Shown here: positions 48,380 to 59,530 of the stretch, in pieces
How positions within the stretch are numbered: position 1 is the stretch's first letter
Layout of the letters: each line of letters starts with the position of its first letter
NCBI GenBank assembly: GCA_963921275.4
Contig: OZ001293.3
Span: 6,528,001-6,592,000, forward strand
DNA: 64,000 nt
Reading direction: 5' to 3'
Source of the DNA: an uncultured Hormoscilla sp.
GTDB lineage: Bacteria; Cyanobacteriota; Cyanobacteriia; Cyanobacteriales; Desertifilaceae
Position numbers and translations under genes: made by a program
The notes under the pieces: model-generated
The model's database searches: none
What the model saw: only the letters and a program-made list of their open reading frames with translations
What the model was told of the DNA's origin: nothing

Positions 48380-50254
48380 CTACTGCGATAAATTAGAAGA
48401 GGAATTATCCCCCGGTAGTGGTAGACTCTCGCGCAGCCGCTTAAACCCTTTAGGGTCCATCTGCGACCAGGACAGCAACCCCACAGCAGTCACTATCAAA
48501 AATATTGCCAGCAACCCACAGACCACCATTACCCTTTTCTTCATCCCCTGTCGAGATGGAGGGCCCAGGGGACCCACCGGTGATTCGGGATCGGCGATCA
48601 CAGCTTGCTGAGGGGAAAAGTCCGGATCCTGATCGCTCGTTAAACCAGCATTGACAGTCCCGATAGTGACTGACTGCTGGGAGAGGTCTGACGAGACGCG
48701 GCAGCGGACCAGTACCACGGAAGTATTATCATGACCATTCTTGCGATTAGCCAAATTAATCCAAGCCTGGACCGCCTCGTCCAGAGATCTATTCTCATCA
48801 AACATCATGCCGACGCAATCAGTCCAAGATTGCTCAATACAGTCCCGATCGCTCAAACCATCAGAACAGAGCAACAGCACCCCATCTTTTGCAAAGATCA
48901 ACCGCTGCACGTTGGGTTCGATGGATTCGCCGTCTCGCGTCCCCAAAGCTTGGGTTAACGATCCTCCATCCGGCTCCCGTAGCGCTTGCCAGTAAGTCGC
49001 ACGTCCTCCGGACACTTCCCTGACAGAAACATCATCATCCACCGTCAATAGCTGACAATAGTCCTGAGTAATCCAATAGGCGCGACTATCTCCCACATGG
49101 GCTAGGTAAAGTTCGTGACTATTACCGAAGTCAGAGCCATCAGCAGTCGATACCTTCTGGGGGATCTGGAGAGCCATCACCAAAGTAGTAGCCATGCGCT
49201 GTCGAGATTCTCGCCCTTGCTCGTCATTCTGGGCCGCAATCAAGTTATTCACCACCCGGATCGCAGATGATAAATGCTCCATGCAGACGTAAGGCATTAC
49301 CAGTTCCGTTTGTTGGGCCAACTTCTGTAGCAACCCTTGCACCTGTAAACATAGGGCTCGCACCGCCATCTGGCTAGCTACCTCTCCCCCTTCATGACCG
49401 CCCACCCCATCGCAGACGATCGCCAGTCCGGGAATTATATCGTCATCAGACACGGTGCTGTTCGGTGGAAACACCGTCTGGGGAAAGCAACTGTCCTCGT
49501 TGTGGAGCCGCCTGGGACCTGTCTCCGAACCTCCAGCAAACTCTAACTGCAAAGGCTGCTGGGCCGCCACCTCCAGTAATAGCTGATTCAGCGCTGGGTC
49601 GATCGCCTCTGTCGTCGCCTCCGCAGCATACATCTGCTGACAGATATCTTGCAATTCATTGCTCACAGAGTTGCTTTGAGTAATCCAACTCCACCAGCAA
49701 CTGGCCAAATCCCCCAAAGATGGGATCTTTGGTATCTCTTGGCTCCCTGACACCCGATCTGCATGCAGTTCCAGCAGCCAAACCCGCCCACCTTGAACCC
49801 GGATATTCTCTGGTACCAGGAGACTTGATGCCACCCCCTCTGCCGATAAAGGATTCCACAGCTGAGTCATTTGCCAGAGCCAATAAACCTGAAGCACAGT
49901 CCTTGCTCCCAACCAAGCCTCTGCTATTCCAGGGTACAAACCTGCAGATGCTGTTACCGGCACATTCTCCAGCAACAGGATATTAGTCACTTCCCGACGG
50001 TTTTCCAGTCGAGCATATCCATACACCTCTGGCACATGCCGTCGGTAGGGAAATAAACGTAAATAAGGTATAATTTCCCCAAGGCTGTCCAACTCCACTG
50101 GTAGATCGGGCTTGGATTCCGGTAAGGTATCCAGCCAGATTTGCGGAGCCTCCACCCGGTATCTGGAAGCCACCAACTTACCTACTCTCACTTGGGCCGC
50201 CGTTCCACCCACTGCCCAGAGATAGCGCCCAATCAGCCGCTCTTGACTGCTCAT
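48380..50254 (-). CDS. PP2C-family protein phosphatase
   Basis: HNED, VCDGVGGH, AHVGDSRAY, LCSDGLSD, GHDNTS. Confidence 0.93.
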   Translation of the reverse strand: MSSQERLIGRYLWAVGGTAAQVRVGKLVASRYRVEAPQIWLDTLPESKPDLPVELDSLGEIIPYLRLFPYRRHVPEVYGYARLENRREVTNILLLENVPVTASAGLYPGIAEAWLGARTVLQVYWLWQMTQLWNPLSAEGVASSLLVPENIRVQGGRVWLLELHADRVSGSQEIPKIPSLGDLASCWWSWITQSNSVSNELQDICQQMYAAEATTEAIDPALNQLLLEVAAQQPLQLEFAGGSETGPRRLHNEDSCFPQTVFPPNSTVSDDDIIPGLAIVCDGVGGHEGGEVASQMAVRALCLQVQGLLQKLAQQTELVMPYVCMEHLSSAIRVVNNLIAAQNDEQGRESRQRMATTLVMALQIPQKVSTADGSDFGNSHELYLAHVGDSRAYWITQDYCQLLTVDDDVSVREVSGGRATYWQALREPDGGSLTQALGTRDGESIEPNVQRLIFAKDGVLLLCSDGLSDRDCIEQSWTDCVGMMFDENRSLDEAVQAWINLANRKNGHDNTSVVLVRCRVSSDLSQQSVTIGTVNAGLTSDQDPDFSPQQAVIADPESPVGPLGPPSRQGMKKRVMVVCGLLAIFLIVTAVGLLSWSQMDPKGFKRLRESLPLPGDNSSSNLSQ

Positions 50255-50381
50255 GAATTAAAACGATTTTTCCGACTATCTTAAAGATAGGTTAATCATT
50301 CCACACTCAATCGGAACCTTAGATTAAACTATTAATTGTACTACCCCTCAACACAGTCAATGCTCAGCTAGAAGGTGCTCT

Positions 50382-50816
50382 ATGGCTCTTACTCCTACTA
50401 TATTTTGGTTACTGGCATTTATTGTCCTGTGCGTGATGGAAGTGGTCACCCCAACCGCCTTTGTGGAATTGATGATGGGACTCAGCGCTTTGATGGTGGC
50501 GGGAGTTGCGGTGATTTTTCCCCAACTGGCCGTTGGCCTGCAGATTGCCCTGTGGATGGGATTGTCACTTAGTCTGGTATTTGGCTCCCGTCGCTTCCTG
50601 CCCACCCGCAAAGTTTACGCCCTTGCCGACGCCACCGAGGCCGAAACCTTGACCGAGATCTTGCCCGGTCAGGCGGGCCGCGTCCTCTATGAAGGCAATT
50701 CCTGGCGAGCTAAGTGTGATGATAGCATCAGTGCGATCGCTTCCGACCAGAAGGTTTACGTCCTCCGCCGGGAAGGCAATACCCTGATTGTCATGCCCGA
50801 AAATCTCTGGCATTGA
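50382..50816 (+). CDS. NfeD-family membrane protein
   Basis: TM N-terminus, GRVLYEGNSWRA, REGNTLIV; upstream of an SPFH gene. Confidence 0.9.
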   Translation: MALTPTIFWLLAFIVLCVMEVVTPTAFVELMMGLSALMVAGVAVIFPQLAVGLQIALWMGLSLSLVFGSRRFLPTRKVYALADATEAETLTEILPGQAGRVLYEGNSWRAKCDDSISAIASDQKVYVLRREGNTLIVMPENLWH

Positions 50817-50850
50817 AAATTGAAAATTGAAAATTGAAAATTGAAAATTG
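50812..50850. repeat. Heptamer tandem repeat (ATTGAAA)x5+
   Basis: Direct reading; similar heptamer runs near 41806 and 43680. Confidence 0.9.
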
Positions 50851-51056
50851 GGAATATTCAGATAGGATCGCGAAAATTTTGAGTTTTGCCCAGATAACAG
50901 AATAAGGGCGATCGCCCAAAATAGGGCCAGTTCTCATTATACCAACTGATTGTCAAGTTTTGTAACTTTCAGTTGTGGATGGTAACAAAAGGCGGGGTGG
51001 GGCTTGAGGAATAAATAGAAGCAGATAAGAAATTAATCGAAAAGGAGATTCACGCT

Positions 51057-52064
51057 ATGCCACCAGAATTAATAGCACTGCTTGCGGCTCTCGGAGTGGG
51101 CGGGTATGTCTTAAAAAGCACTGTCAAGATTATCAATCAAGGGGACCAAGCTTTAGTGGAAGCCTTGGGGAAATACAACGGCAAAAAACTCGAACCGGGA
51201 CTTAATTTCCTGGTGCCAGTGTACCATAACGTGGTTTATCGAGATACCATCCGGGAAAAAGTTCTAGACGTGCCGCCCCAACAATGTATCACCCGCGACA
51301 ATGTCTCGATCAGCGTTGATGCGGTGGTCTACTGGCGGATTATGGACTTGGAGAAAGCCTACTACAAGGTGGAAAAACTCCGGGATGCGATGGTCAACTT
51401 GGTGCTGACTCAAATTCGGGCAGAAATGGGTAAACTGGAACTGGATCAAACCTTTACGGCCCGATCGGAAGTGAATGAAGTGCTGCTGCGGGAATTGGAT
51501 ATTGCTACTGATCCTTGGGGGGTGAAGGTGACGCGGGTGGAACTGCGGGACATCGTTCCTTCTAAAGCAGTGCAGGAGTCGATGGAATTGCAGATGTCAG
51601 CGGAACGGAAAAAACGGGCAGCAATTCTGACCTCGGAAGGGGAACGAGAAGCAGCAGTTAACAGTGCTAAAGGTAAAGCAGAGGCACAAGTTCTGGATGC
51701 GGAAGCACGTCAGAAAGCAGCAATTCTAGAGGCCGAGGCGCAACAGAAGGCAACGGTGCTCAAAGCACAAGCAGAACGTCAGCAGGCAGTCCTAAAGGCG
51801 GAAGGGACAGCGGAAGCGCTGAAAATTGTGGCTCAAACCCTTAAAGAAGACCCCAAGGCGAAGGAGTCGCTGCAATTTTTACTAGCGCAGAATTATCTGG
51901 AGATGGGGATGAAGATTGGCAGCAGCGACAGCAGTAAGGTGATGTTTATGGACCCCCGCAGCATTCCGGCTACCTTGGAAGGCATGCGATCGATCGTCGG
52001 AGAGGGCAGCAAATCTGGAGAAATTAGCGTTCCAGATTTTGCACCCGATCTGTTCAAGAGTTAA
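51057..52064 (+). CDS. SPFH/stomatin-family protein
   Basis: [32 protein letters not shown]. Confidence 0.95.
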   Translation: MPPELIALLAALGVGGYVLKSTVKIINQGDQALVEALGKYNGKKLEPGLNFLVPVYHNVVYRDTIREKVLDVPPQQCITRDNVSISVDAVVYWRIMDLEKAYYKVEKLRDAMVNLVLTQIRAEMGKLELDQTFTARSEVNEVLLRELDIATDPWGVKVTRVELRDIVPSKAVQESMELQMSAERKKRAAILTSEGEREAAVNSAKGKAEAQVLDAEARQKAAILEAEAQQKATVLKAQAERQQAVLKAEGTAEALKIVAQTLKEDPKAKESLQFLLAQNYLEMGMKIGSSDSSKVMFMDPRSIPATLEGMRSIVGEGSKSGEISVPDFAPDLFKS

Positions 52065-52065
52065 G

Positions 52066-52473
52066 TTAATCGCCTCCTGCCAGCTGGCACTGGTTACAGA
52101 GTCCGAAAAACTCCAGGGTGTGATAGTAAACTTTGAAATTGTGAGATGCTTGTAACTCTGTTTCCAGCTGGTGGACGGGACATGAATCTAAGGGAATGGA
52201 TTCACCGCAGTGCAGACAGGTGATATGATGCTGGTCTTGATGGACCGAGCCATAAAGGGATTCGCCGTTAGCCAAAGTCCGCACTTGTAGGCAGCCTTCT
52301 TGTTTGAGAGCTTCCAGGGCGCGGTAAACTGTTGCTAAACCGATGTTCTGGTTGCGGTTCCGCAGTTCGACGTAAATGTCTTGGGCAGAGAGTGATCGCT
52401 GGTTTGTTTGCAGCAGTTGCAAAATCCGCTCTTGACCCCGGGTGCGTTTGGCTTTCATCGACCTGTCTGGCAA
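52066..52473 (-). CDS. Fur-family regulator (Zur-like)
   Basis: GLATVYRAL, HHITCLHCG, FFGLCNQC. Confidence 0.92.
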   Translation of the reverse strand: MPDRSMKAKRTRGQERILQLLQTNQRSLSAQDIYVELRNRNQNIGLATVYRALEALKQEGCLQVRTLANGESLYGSVHQDQHHITCLHCGESIPLDSCPVHQLETELQASHNFKVYYHTLEFFGLCNQCQLAGGD

Positions 52474-52485
52474 ATCCTAATGCGA

Positions 52486-53292
52486 TCATACATCGGGATC
52501 GATCCCTAACTCTTGTAACCGGGCAGCTAAACTTTCGGCCCGAGCGCGTTCCTGTTGGGCCCGAGCGCGTTCCTGTTGGGCCCGAGCGCGTTCCTGTTGG
52601 GCCCGAGCGCGTTCCTGTTGGGCTTGTGTAAGGGCTGCTTCTTCTGGTAGCGGGACAAGGTTGCTTTCGCGGTCATAAAAGCGCAACCATATTGCAGGCT
52701 CTCGCAGTATTATTCCAGACCAGGTTCCCAGCCACAACCCTAATGTCTCAGACCACAGCCAACCCCGTGCATCTGGGATCAAGGGCTGATATCGTCCATA
52801 ATCATCCAAATGCCACCCCTGTAAGGAATTGGGGTTAAAGGGGTCGAACACGAAGTAATCTGAGGTTCTCCATTGTTGCTCGTAAATATCCTTTTTAATT
52901 CCAGTATCTATGTGGGCCGTCGTTGGCGACATCAGTTCTATAATCACATCAGGCAAACGACCCCCTTCTTCCCAGGCTACCCAGGCTTTTCTGGATTTAT
53001 TAGTATCTACACCGAGCACGACAAAGAAATCTGGACCTCGGAAGTCTTCGTTGCGGATCTGACGGTTACTGTCATATATGAACATATTGCCGCCGACGAA
53101 GAAGTCATTGCGGTGAGCCCAAGCTTCATGCACTGACCGGATCAGAACGTTCATGGCAGTGCGGTGACGGTTAGTTTCCAATGGTTCTCCATCGTCAAAT
53201 ATCAGATCGCTAGTCGATAGGGGTACTTCCTCCCAGTCCGATGCCACTGCGAGGGTCTGGGATAATTTCTCTTGTTTTGTCTCCACTGACAT
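52486..53292 (-). CDS. Uma2-family endonuclease with QQERARA x4 tail
   Basis: FRGPDFFVV, PDVIIELMS, WLRFYD; 21-bp repeat at ~52537-52620. Confidence 0.9.
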   Translation of the reverse strand: MSVETKQEKLSQTLAVASDWEEVPLSTSDLIFDDGEPLETNRHRTAMNVLIRSVHEAWAHRNDFFVGGNMFIYDSNRQIRNEDFRGPDFFVVLGVDTNKSRKAWVAWEEGGRLPDVIIELMSPTTAHIDTGIKKDIYEQQWRTSDYFVFDPFNPNSLQGWHLDDYGRYQPLIPDARGWLWSETLGLWLGTWSGIILREPAIWLRFYDRESNLVPLPEEAALTQAQQERARAQQERARAQQERARAQQERARAESLAARLQELGIDPDV

Positions 53293-53418
53293 GGCATCAT
53301 CTCCCTAGTAGGGGTTATTCCCTCCTTAATTTGGTAATTCGTCAGACTTGTGTCTTGCCATAATATATGATATCATCAAACCGATAATCTGACAAGGAAT
53401 TGCTGACAAGGAATTGCT

Positions 53419-53700
53419 GTGACTGTAAAATATCACGCTCGGATCTATGTTACTATGCGACCTTCAGTGTTAGACCCGGCTGGGGTGGCCGTGTCCTCTG
53501 GGTTGAAGCAACTGGGCTATGATGGCGTCGAACAGGTGCGCATTGGTAAGTTTATCTCACTACAGTTGACTGCTGCCGATGAAGAGTCCGCTAAGGTACA
53601 GCTCTCTGAGATGTGCGATCGCCTCTTAGCAAACCCAGTAATTGAAGATTACTGCTTTGAGATGACCGAGTTATCCGCTACTGCTCATATGGCTGGATGA
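53419..53700 (+). CDS. purS: FGAM synthase subunit PurS
   Basis: RPSVLDPAG, VRIGK, LLANPVIE. Confidence 0.95.
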   Translation: MTVKYHARIYVTMRPSVLDPAGVAVSSGLKQLGYDGVEQVRIGKFISLQLTAADEESAKVQLSEMCDRLLANPVIEDYCFEMTELSATAHMAG

Positions 53701-53736
53701 TTTGTTTATTTTAACAAAAAATACTAACCTTAGGCT

Positions 53737-54462
53737 ATGAAATTTGGGATAGTGGTGTTTCCAGGGTCAAATTGCGATTGCGACGTCGAATACGTTACCC
53801 GCGACTTACTCAAGCAACCAACTCGCATGGTTTGGCATCAAGAAACGGATATTTCCGATCTCGATGTGGTAGTTATCCCTGGCGGTTTTAGCTATGGAGA
53901 TTATTTGCGCTGCGGCGCGATCGCCCGTTTCTCCTCGGTGATGGCCAAGGTTGTGGCACATGCAGAGCAAGGTAAACTGGTATTAGGCATCTGTAACGGC
54001 TTCCAGATCTTAACAGAAGTGGGATTGTTGCCCGGGGCTCTGGTCAGAAATCAGGACTTGCATTTTATCTGCGATCGGGTGTCTATGCGGGTCGAAAATA
54101 GCCACATTTCTTGGACTGGGGCCTACTCAGAAGGGGAAGTTATTACTTTACCCATTGCCCACGGCGAAGGTAGATACTATGCTGATGATGAGACGATCGC
54201 ATCATTAGAAAAAAACTCACAAGTGCTATTTCGCTACGAGGGAGAAAATCCCAATGGTTCCTTGAATAACATTGCTGGTATTTGTAACCAACAAGGGAAT
54301 GTTTTAGGAATGATGCCCCATCCAGAAAGAGCATCAGACCCCATGTTAGGCGCTACGGATGGGATAAAATTGTTTAAGGGATTGCTCAGTCGCGAACTAA
54401 TACAGAACTTAAACAGCAACTGTAGGTTGGGTGGTTGCAATACTTCTCGGTTAAGGATATAG
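53737..54462 (+). CDS. purQ: FGAM synthase glutaminase subunit
   Basis: FPGSNC, GGFSYGDYLR, GICNGFQ, MPHPER. Confidence 0.97.
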   Translation: MKFGIVVFPGSNCDCDVEYVTRDLLKQPTRMVWHQETDISDLDVVVIPGGFSYGDYLRCGAIARFSSVMAKVVAHAEQGKLVLGICNGFQILTEVGLLPGALVRNQDLHFICDRVSMRVENSHISWTGAYSEGEVITLPIAHGEGRYYADDETIASLEKNSQVLFRYEGENPNGSLNNIAGICNQQGNVLGMMPHPERASDPMLGATDGIKLFKGLLSRELIQNLNSNCRLGGCNTSRLRI

Positions 54463-54831
54463 GTTGTCATTGCGAGGGGGGAACACAGTACGTAGCGATT
54501 AACTTTTGCTTTATGAGTTAACCCCCCCCGAAGCAATCTCCTCGACGACCCATGAGATTGCTAGCCCTCCGGAGCTTGTTGCGAGGCACGAAGCAATCTA
54601 CCGCTGTGCTAAGGGGGGGATCCTGGTGGCGATCCCTAAATTATCGGTTTGGGTTTCCTCCCTCGCTCCGGACAAATTATTAACCGAGAAGTATTGTGGG
54701 TGGTTGGGTTTCGTGCCTCTACCCAACCTACGATGTTAATATCAATTGACGAGGAAGGTAAGCACTAAAGTGCTTACTACGAACGAGGAAGGTAAGCACT
54801 AAAGTGCTTACTACGAACGAGGAACGAACAA

Positions 54832-56922
54832 TTAAGAGTGAGGTTCGCCAAAGAGCACCATTGAGCAGGTGATTTCCTTAATTACTTGAACAGTTACGTC
54901 ACTAACGGCTAATCCCCCGGCAGTACGATAGCGTAGAGAACGCAAAATTACCATTTCAGAGGATTGAGAGAACTTGATAATTACCTGGGCCACATCGTCG
55001 TGGCGAACAATTTTAATTTGAGACTTAACCTGGGGCATGGCCTGAGAGAGGATTGCTTCTAACTGCGGCTTAAAGGCAAGGGTTTCCTCTTTGGGCGTGC
55101 GCCGATCGCACACGTGCAAAAATGTTATTTCCGCCTGGTTCGTATCGGCGAACAGTTGAGCAAACCGCACCGTTCGCACTGCCTGTGGGGTTAAGTTTTT
55201 GACAGGCACCAATATTTGATGGATATTTATCGGCTCGTCCAGCAGCCGCATCACGGCTACCGGACAGTGGGACGCGGAGAAGACACTATCAATCAGATTG
55301 CCTAGCAAGCGAGTCCGCAAGCCAAAGGTTTCGCCAGATCCCATGACAATTAAATTGGCATTTACTTCTCTGGCCGTGCGACAAATTCCTTGAGCTACAT
55401 TATGATCGATGCGAATTTTCGGGGACGCTTTGACCTTAAACTCTTGACTGACTGCGACTGCCCGATCAAGCAGCTTATTACTTTGCTTGATTGCCCCGCG
55501 CAACTTGGGGTCGTCCATGTGGAAGTGAGCTTTAGCAATAGATAGGGGTACGATCGCACCAGACTCGTGAAGAGCCAACAGGGCTGCCATCTCGATTAAA
55601 TACCTTTCTGTCAAGGGATTGTAGACTGGCACCACGACAGTAAACGGCTGTTCGGACTGGTCGGATGGTTTACTTTCCCACCAGATCGACCTGTTGCTAG
55701 TCTCGAGATCGGTTTCTTCTGAACTGTCACCAACAGGGTTTGGTAGGGGCAACCTACTGGCAAATTGTGCTGTAGTTACAGGACCCAGGATAGAAGTCAC
55801 CAGCATCAGGACAATGACAGCGTTAAACACTGGTTCGCTAATCAACCCGACCCGGAAAGCTGCTAAGGCCGCTGCTAAAGTAGCTGCTACCTGGGGCAAG
55901 GATAAGGACCACATGGTCAGCATCTCGTTCCAGCTGTAGCGAAACAGCAGCTTGGACACCAGGGCCGCCAGAAATTTACTTGCCAGCAACCCACCGACGA
56001 TCGCCAGGGTGAGGGGCAGACCGGAAGTGATGCTTTCCAGAAATGTCGGGATATCCAGCAGTAAACCCATACCTACGAAGAAGAAAGGGATAAACAGGGT
56101 ACTACCCACGAATTCCACTTTTTCTTCTACCGGACCATGACCGACCACGTCATTGACTGCTAGACCAGCTAGGAATGCGCCGACAATCTTATCTACATTA
56201 ATGATCTGTGCTCCCACTGAGGCCAGAAACACCGACAACAGCACGAACAAAAACTGGTTGCTTTCCTCATCCCCAGTGCGGCGGAAATATTCTTTCCCCG
56301 CCCAGCCAAGGCCAAACAAGACGATGGTCGAGTAGATAGCCAGGGCCCCTAACTGGATCGCTAGACTGGCGGGGGAGAACTCCCCTGCATGAATGGAAAC
56401 ACAAATCGCTAGTACCAGCAGGGCGGCGATATCTGTGAAAATGGTGGCTCCGATGGTGACGTTGACGGCTTCGTTGGCGGCCACGCCCAACCTAGTGACG
56501 ATCGGGTAACCTAAGAGGGTATGGGAAGCGATCAGGGAACCAATCAGGATCGAAGAATTCAAACCGAAGCCGAACATCTGCCCCACTACGGTGCCAAAAA
56601 TTAGGGGGATTAAGAACGTAGCAAGACCGAAGCCTAGGGAGCGATTTTTCTTTTTGCGGAACTCCTCCAGGTCAATTTCCAAGCCTGCGACGAACATCAG
56701 ATAAATCTTGCCTGCGTCCGATAGCAGCTTCATCATCTCTGATTTAGGTTCGAGAAACCCCAGGCCATCGGGACCGAGGACCACCCCTGCTACTAGCAGT
56801 CCCACTAATCCGGGCAGTCGCAGCTTCTCGAAGATCGGAGGTATGGTCAAGGTGACCAGCAGCAGGATGGTAAAGGCAACGATCGGGGTATCTGGGAGTA
56901 ATGCTAGTATCTGTTCCATCAA
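54832..56922 (-). CDS. Cation/H+ antiporter with C-terminal USP-like domains
   Basis: Multi-TM, FVAGLEID, GATIFTD, SHCPVAV. Confidence 0.92.
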   Translation of the reverse strand: MMEQILALLPDTPIVAFTILLLVTLTIPPIFEKLRLPGLVGLLVAGVVLGPDGLGFLEPKSEMMKLLSDAGKIYLMFVAGLEIDLEEFRKKKNRSLGFGLATFLIPLIFGTVVGQMFGFGLNSSILIGSLIASHTLLGYPIVTRLGVAANEAVNVTIGATIFTDIAALLVLAICVSIHAGEFSPASLAIQLGALAIYSTIVLFGLGWAGKEYFRRTGDEESNQFLFVLLSVFLASVGAQIINVDKIVGAFLAGLAVNDVVGHGPVEEKVEFVGSTLFIPFFFVGMGLLLDIPTFLESITSGLPLTLAIVGGLLASKFLAALVSKLLFRYSWNEMLTMWSLSLPQVAATLAAALAAFRVGLISEPVFNAVIVLMLVTSILGPVTTAQFASRLPLPNPVGDSSEETDLETSNRSIWWESKPSDQSEQPFTVVVPVYNPLTERYLIEMAALLALHESGAIVPLSIAKAHFHMDDPKLRGAIKQSNKLLDRAVAVSQEFKVKASPKIRIDHNVAQGICRTAREVNANLIVMGSGETFGLRTRLLGNLIDSVFSASHCPVAVMRLLDEPINIHQILVPVKNLTPQAVRTVRFAQLFADTNQAEITFLHVCDRRTPKEETLAFKPQLEAILSQAMPQVKSQIKIVRHDDVAQVIIKFSQSSEMVILRSLRYRTAGGLAVSDVTVQVIKEITCSMVLFGEPHS

Positions 56923-57029
56923 GGGTGAAAGGGCTAAGAATGCTTATCTGATGAACAGCTTAACGTCTTTAACTGACCCTTGCTGTGCTGAGTACCTCAA
57001 ATTATCAAACAAATCTTAAATCGAACCTA

Positions 57030-57141
57030 TAGCGAACCTAAATCATTTGTGTAAAAATTATGTGTGTATCAATGCTGAAACCTTTGCCTGGTAATGATTT
57101 AAGCAAAAACATCCTATTGCACAAGTCATTTATGCTTGCTA
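57030..57141. mobile_element. 112-bp TA-flanked MITE
   Basis: Imperfect TIR TAGCGAACCTAAATCATTTGTG / CACAAGTCATTTATGCTTGCTA. Confidence 0.65.
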
Positions 57142-57145
57142 TATA

Positions 57146-58157
57146 ACTCAAGTTGCGACCTATAAAAATTGGATACAAAAAGCTATGATAAAGAGAATTA
57201 TTTTCAACTCTAATCCCTTAGATGTAACAGCATGAATTGACTTGGGAAACAAATTTGTGATTCGACTAAAACAGGTTTCAACTTGTTTTCTTGTTACTTT
57301 TTGTATATATTCAAAACAAGAATATTCTTTTCTTTTTGAGTTCTTTTTTCGCAAAGGTTTTAACATTATACTTGACGACTCTTTTAGTAAATCCTCTAAT
57401 TGATAATCATTATAAGCTTTATCTCCATAAACTATTGAATTTGATGGTAAGTCAAAGCCAAAAGATTGCAAAACTTTAACATCATTATAACTACCAGGAT
57501 CTAGATAAAATTCTATTGGCTTTCCATTTTTGTTTACCAACATATGAACTCTTAATCCATAAAAATAACGTTTTTTACTGGCAATATACCCTCGATATTC
57601 TTCCTTGTTATAAATTTGGCATCTATCAATCCTAATATTATCACATACTGGCACCGGGAAACTATTAAGAATATATTCTTGACCCGGATTGAGCTCTTTA
57701 AATGTTTGAGCTATAACTTGGAAGAAAAACATCCAAATTGGTTCGTCAATATTGTGTAATCGACGATTGAACCTACTTTTACTTAACAGATTTTTTATAT
57801 ACTTGTGTTCGACCATAAATTGACAAGAGCGATCGTGGTGTTCTCCGAAAAAATATGCAGCAACTAATCCGACTGTCATCACTTCGGCATTGTTCATTTT
57901 TACTTGTGGATCTTCTTTTATATTTAACGCTTTTAGTAGCTCGTCACAAAGAACAAAAATTGTTGTAATCATATCTTCCATCATCTACATCCCCCAGCAA
58001 TTAACTATTATTTTAGTACATTATAACCTATAAACAGCCAACCCGCTGTATAGCACAAAAAAAATATAATTTTGTATCAAAAGCTACGAAATATCCCAAA
58101 TATCTGTAAAGTCTAAGTGGGTAATTCATATTTTTTTTAATAGGTCGCAACTTAGGT
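57146..58157 (-). mobile_element. IS982-family element, copy 2
   Basis: Same TIRs and length as copy 1; flanked by TATATA. Confidence 0.92.
57160..57984 (-). CDS. IS982 transposase with D-to-N at the first predicted catalytic Asp
   Basis: YILNSFP versus YILDSFP in copy 1. Confidence 0.85.
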   Translation of the reverse strand: MMEDMITTIFVLCDELLKALNIKEDPQVKMNNAEVMTVGLVAAYFFGEHHDRSCQFMVEHKYIKNLLSKSRFNRRLHNIDEPIWMFFFQVIAQTFKELNPGQEYILNSFPVPVCDNIRIDRCQIYNKEEYRGYIASKKRYFYGLRVHMLVNKNGKPIEFYLDPGSYNDVKVLQSFGFDLPSNSIVYGDKAYNDYQLEDLLKESSSIMLKPLRKKNSKRKEYSCFEYIQKVTRKQVETCFSRITNLFPKSIHAVTSKGLELKIILFIIAFCIQFL

Positions 58158-58311
58158 TATATAAGTAATTCTGGTCAGGGGATAAGTGAAGTCAGGCGAT
58201 CAATAGTTTGGGAGTTGATGTTATAGGAATGATTGCCTTCAATCTAGGGTTTTGTATAATTAGGAATTGTGTTGTGGTAGCCCGGAACTGAAATTAGAAG
58301 GAGAAGAACAG

Positions 58312-58603
58312 ATGAAAGCTTTGGTGCTCGATCGACCTGGAAGTCCGCAAACCTTGCGCTTGGCCCAAATGCCTGTGCCAGAAGCAGGGGCGGGAGAAGT
58401 ACGGGTGCAGGTGCATGCTGTAGGATTGAATCCAGTCGATTATAAGCTAGCAGCATCGGGTTCAGCCCGCTGGCAGTATCCGTTCATTCTGGGACTAGAT
58501 GTGGCAGGAGTTGTGAATGCTGTAGGTGCAGATGTCACCAAGGGGTGCTGGCGGTGTCGGCGGCTTTGCGGTTCAGCTAGCGTCACCGACTGGTTTAGAG
58601 GTG
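58312..58603 (+). pseudogene. N-terminal half of the MDR/quinone oxidoreductase gene, internally deleted
   Basis: MKALVL..GLNPVD..LGLDVAG jumps to GAGGVGGFAVQLA..GLEV in another frame. Confidence 0.88.
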
Positions 58604-59530
58604 GTGCGATTCGTTCCGGCATAAGCCAGTAGGTGAAAGTCGGGTCTGGCTCTATCAGCCAGATAACTCTGGTTATCATGGGGGTTAAATTCCCTTTCCC
58701 CAGGTACGGGGGTCGAGGGTACTACCGGTCGGAGGTGCTACGGAGCCACATCGCCGTGGTGCCTCCCGAGGACTTAAATGTAGGATAACTGGCAGCCTAA
58801 GCCGGTGACGCCGCTAGGAAAGATGCTAATGGTTAGAACAAGCGAACCTATGTAAACCTCGTTAACCAGAACCAGCGGAAGAAGGCTTATGCGCTTGCCC
58901 AAAAAGGGAAATGGTAGTTAGTATTAGCTCTTGCCTCTGGCTAATAACGTACTCAAAGAACTCCCGGGGTATAGTAGGAACCTAAAAGCATCGTGAAATG
59001 ATACTAGGGAACGAAGTAACCTCTCGTGAGCTGTCCCCATTTGGACAAGTTAGATGTAAAGCGCAAGCCACGAAGAAGAAGGATGTCCTAAGAAGCTAAC
59101 GCCCAGGGTAATGCCTGTGGATATGCAGACGTAGGACGGATATGGTAAGACACCCTTGGGAAAAGTAACCTTAATGTCACAGAACTAGGGAGAAATTCCG
59201 AAAGTACGAATTTTGGATTCAAATCTTAGCCAGGTAAAGTTCAGAGCCCTTACGAAAAGCGGAAAGCAGAATGGGGAAGATGTTAGTAAAGAGCGGCGAG
59301 TATGGTTTGCTGAACTATCCTCCGCGAACCTTCCGCAGCTCAGTACTTAAACGGTCCAATAGGATTGACCATAAGGGGTAAAATTTCAAAGGGTAAGGGA
59401 CAACGGGGGTAACCCCCAGTAATCCTACTGATGACAACAGCTTACCAACCAGTAGCCGTGTGCGGTTCCAGTCGCTCTTCAGGTTTCGCTCTTGGAGGGT
59501 TGGGGAGTGATTCCCAGCTCGACCCCGACC
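58604..59530 (+). mobile_element. ORF-less group II intron, copy A (927 nt)
   Basis: GTGCGATTCG..CTCGACCCCGACC; EBS1 TGCCTC (58932) vs GAGGTG; EBS2 AACCAG (58864) vs CTGGTT. Confidence 0.92.
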
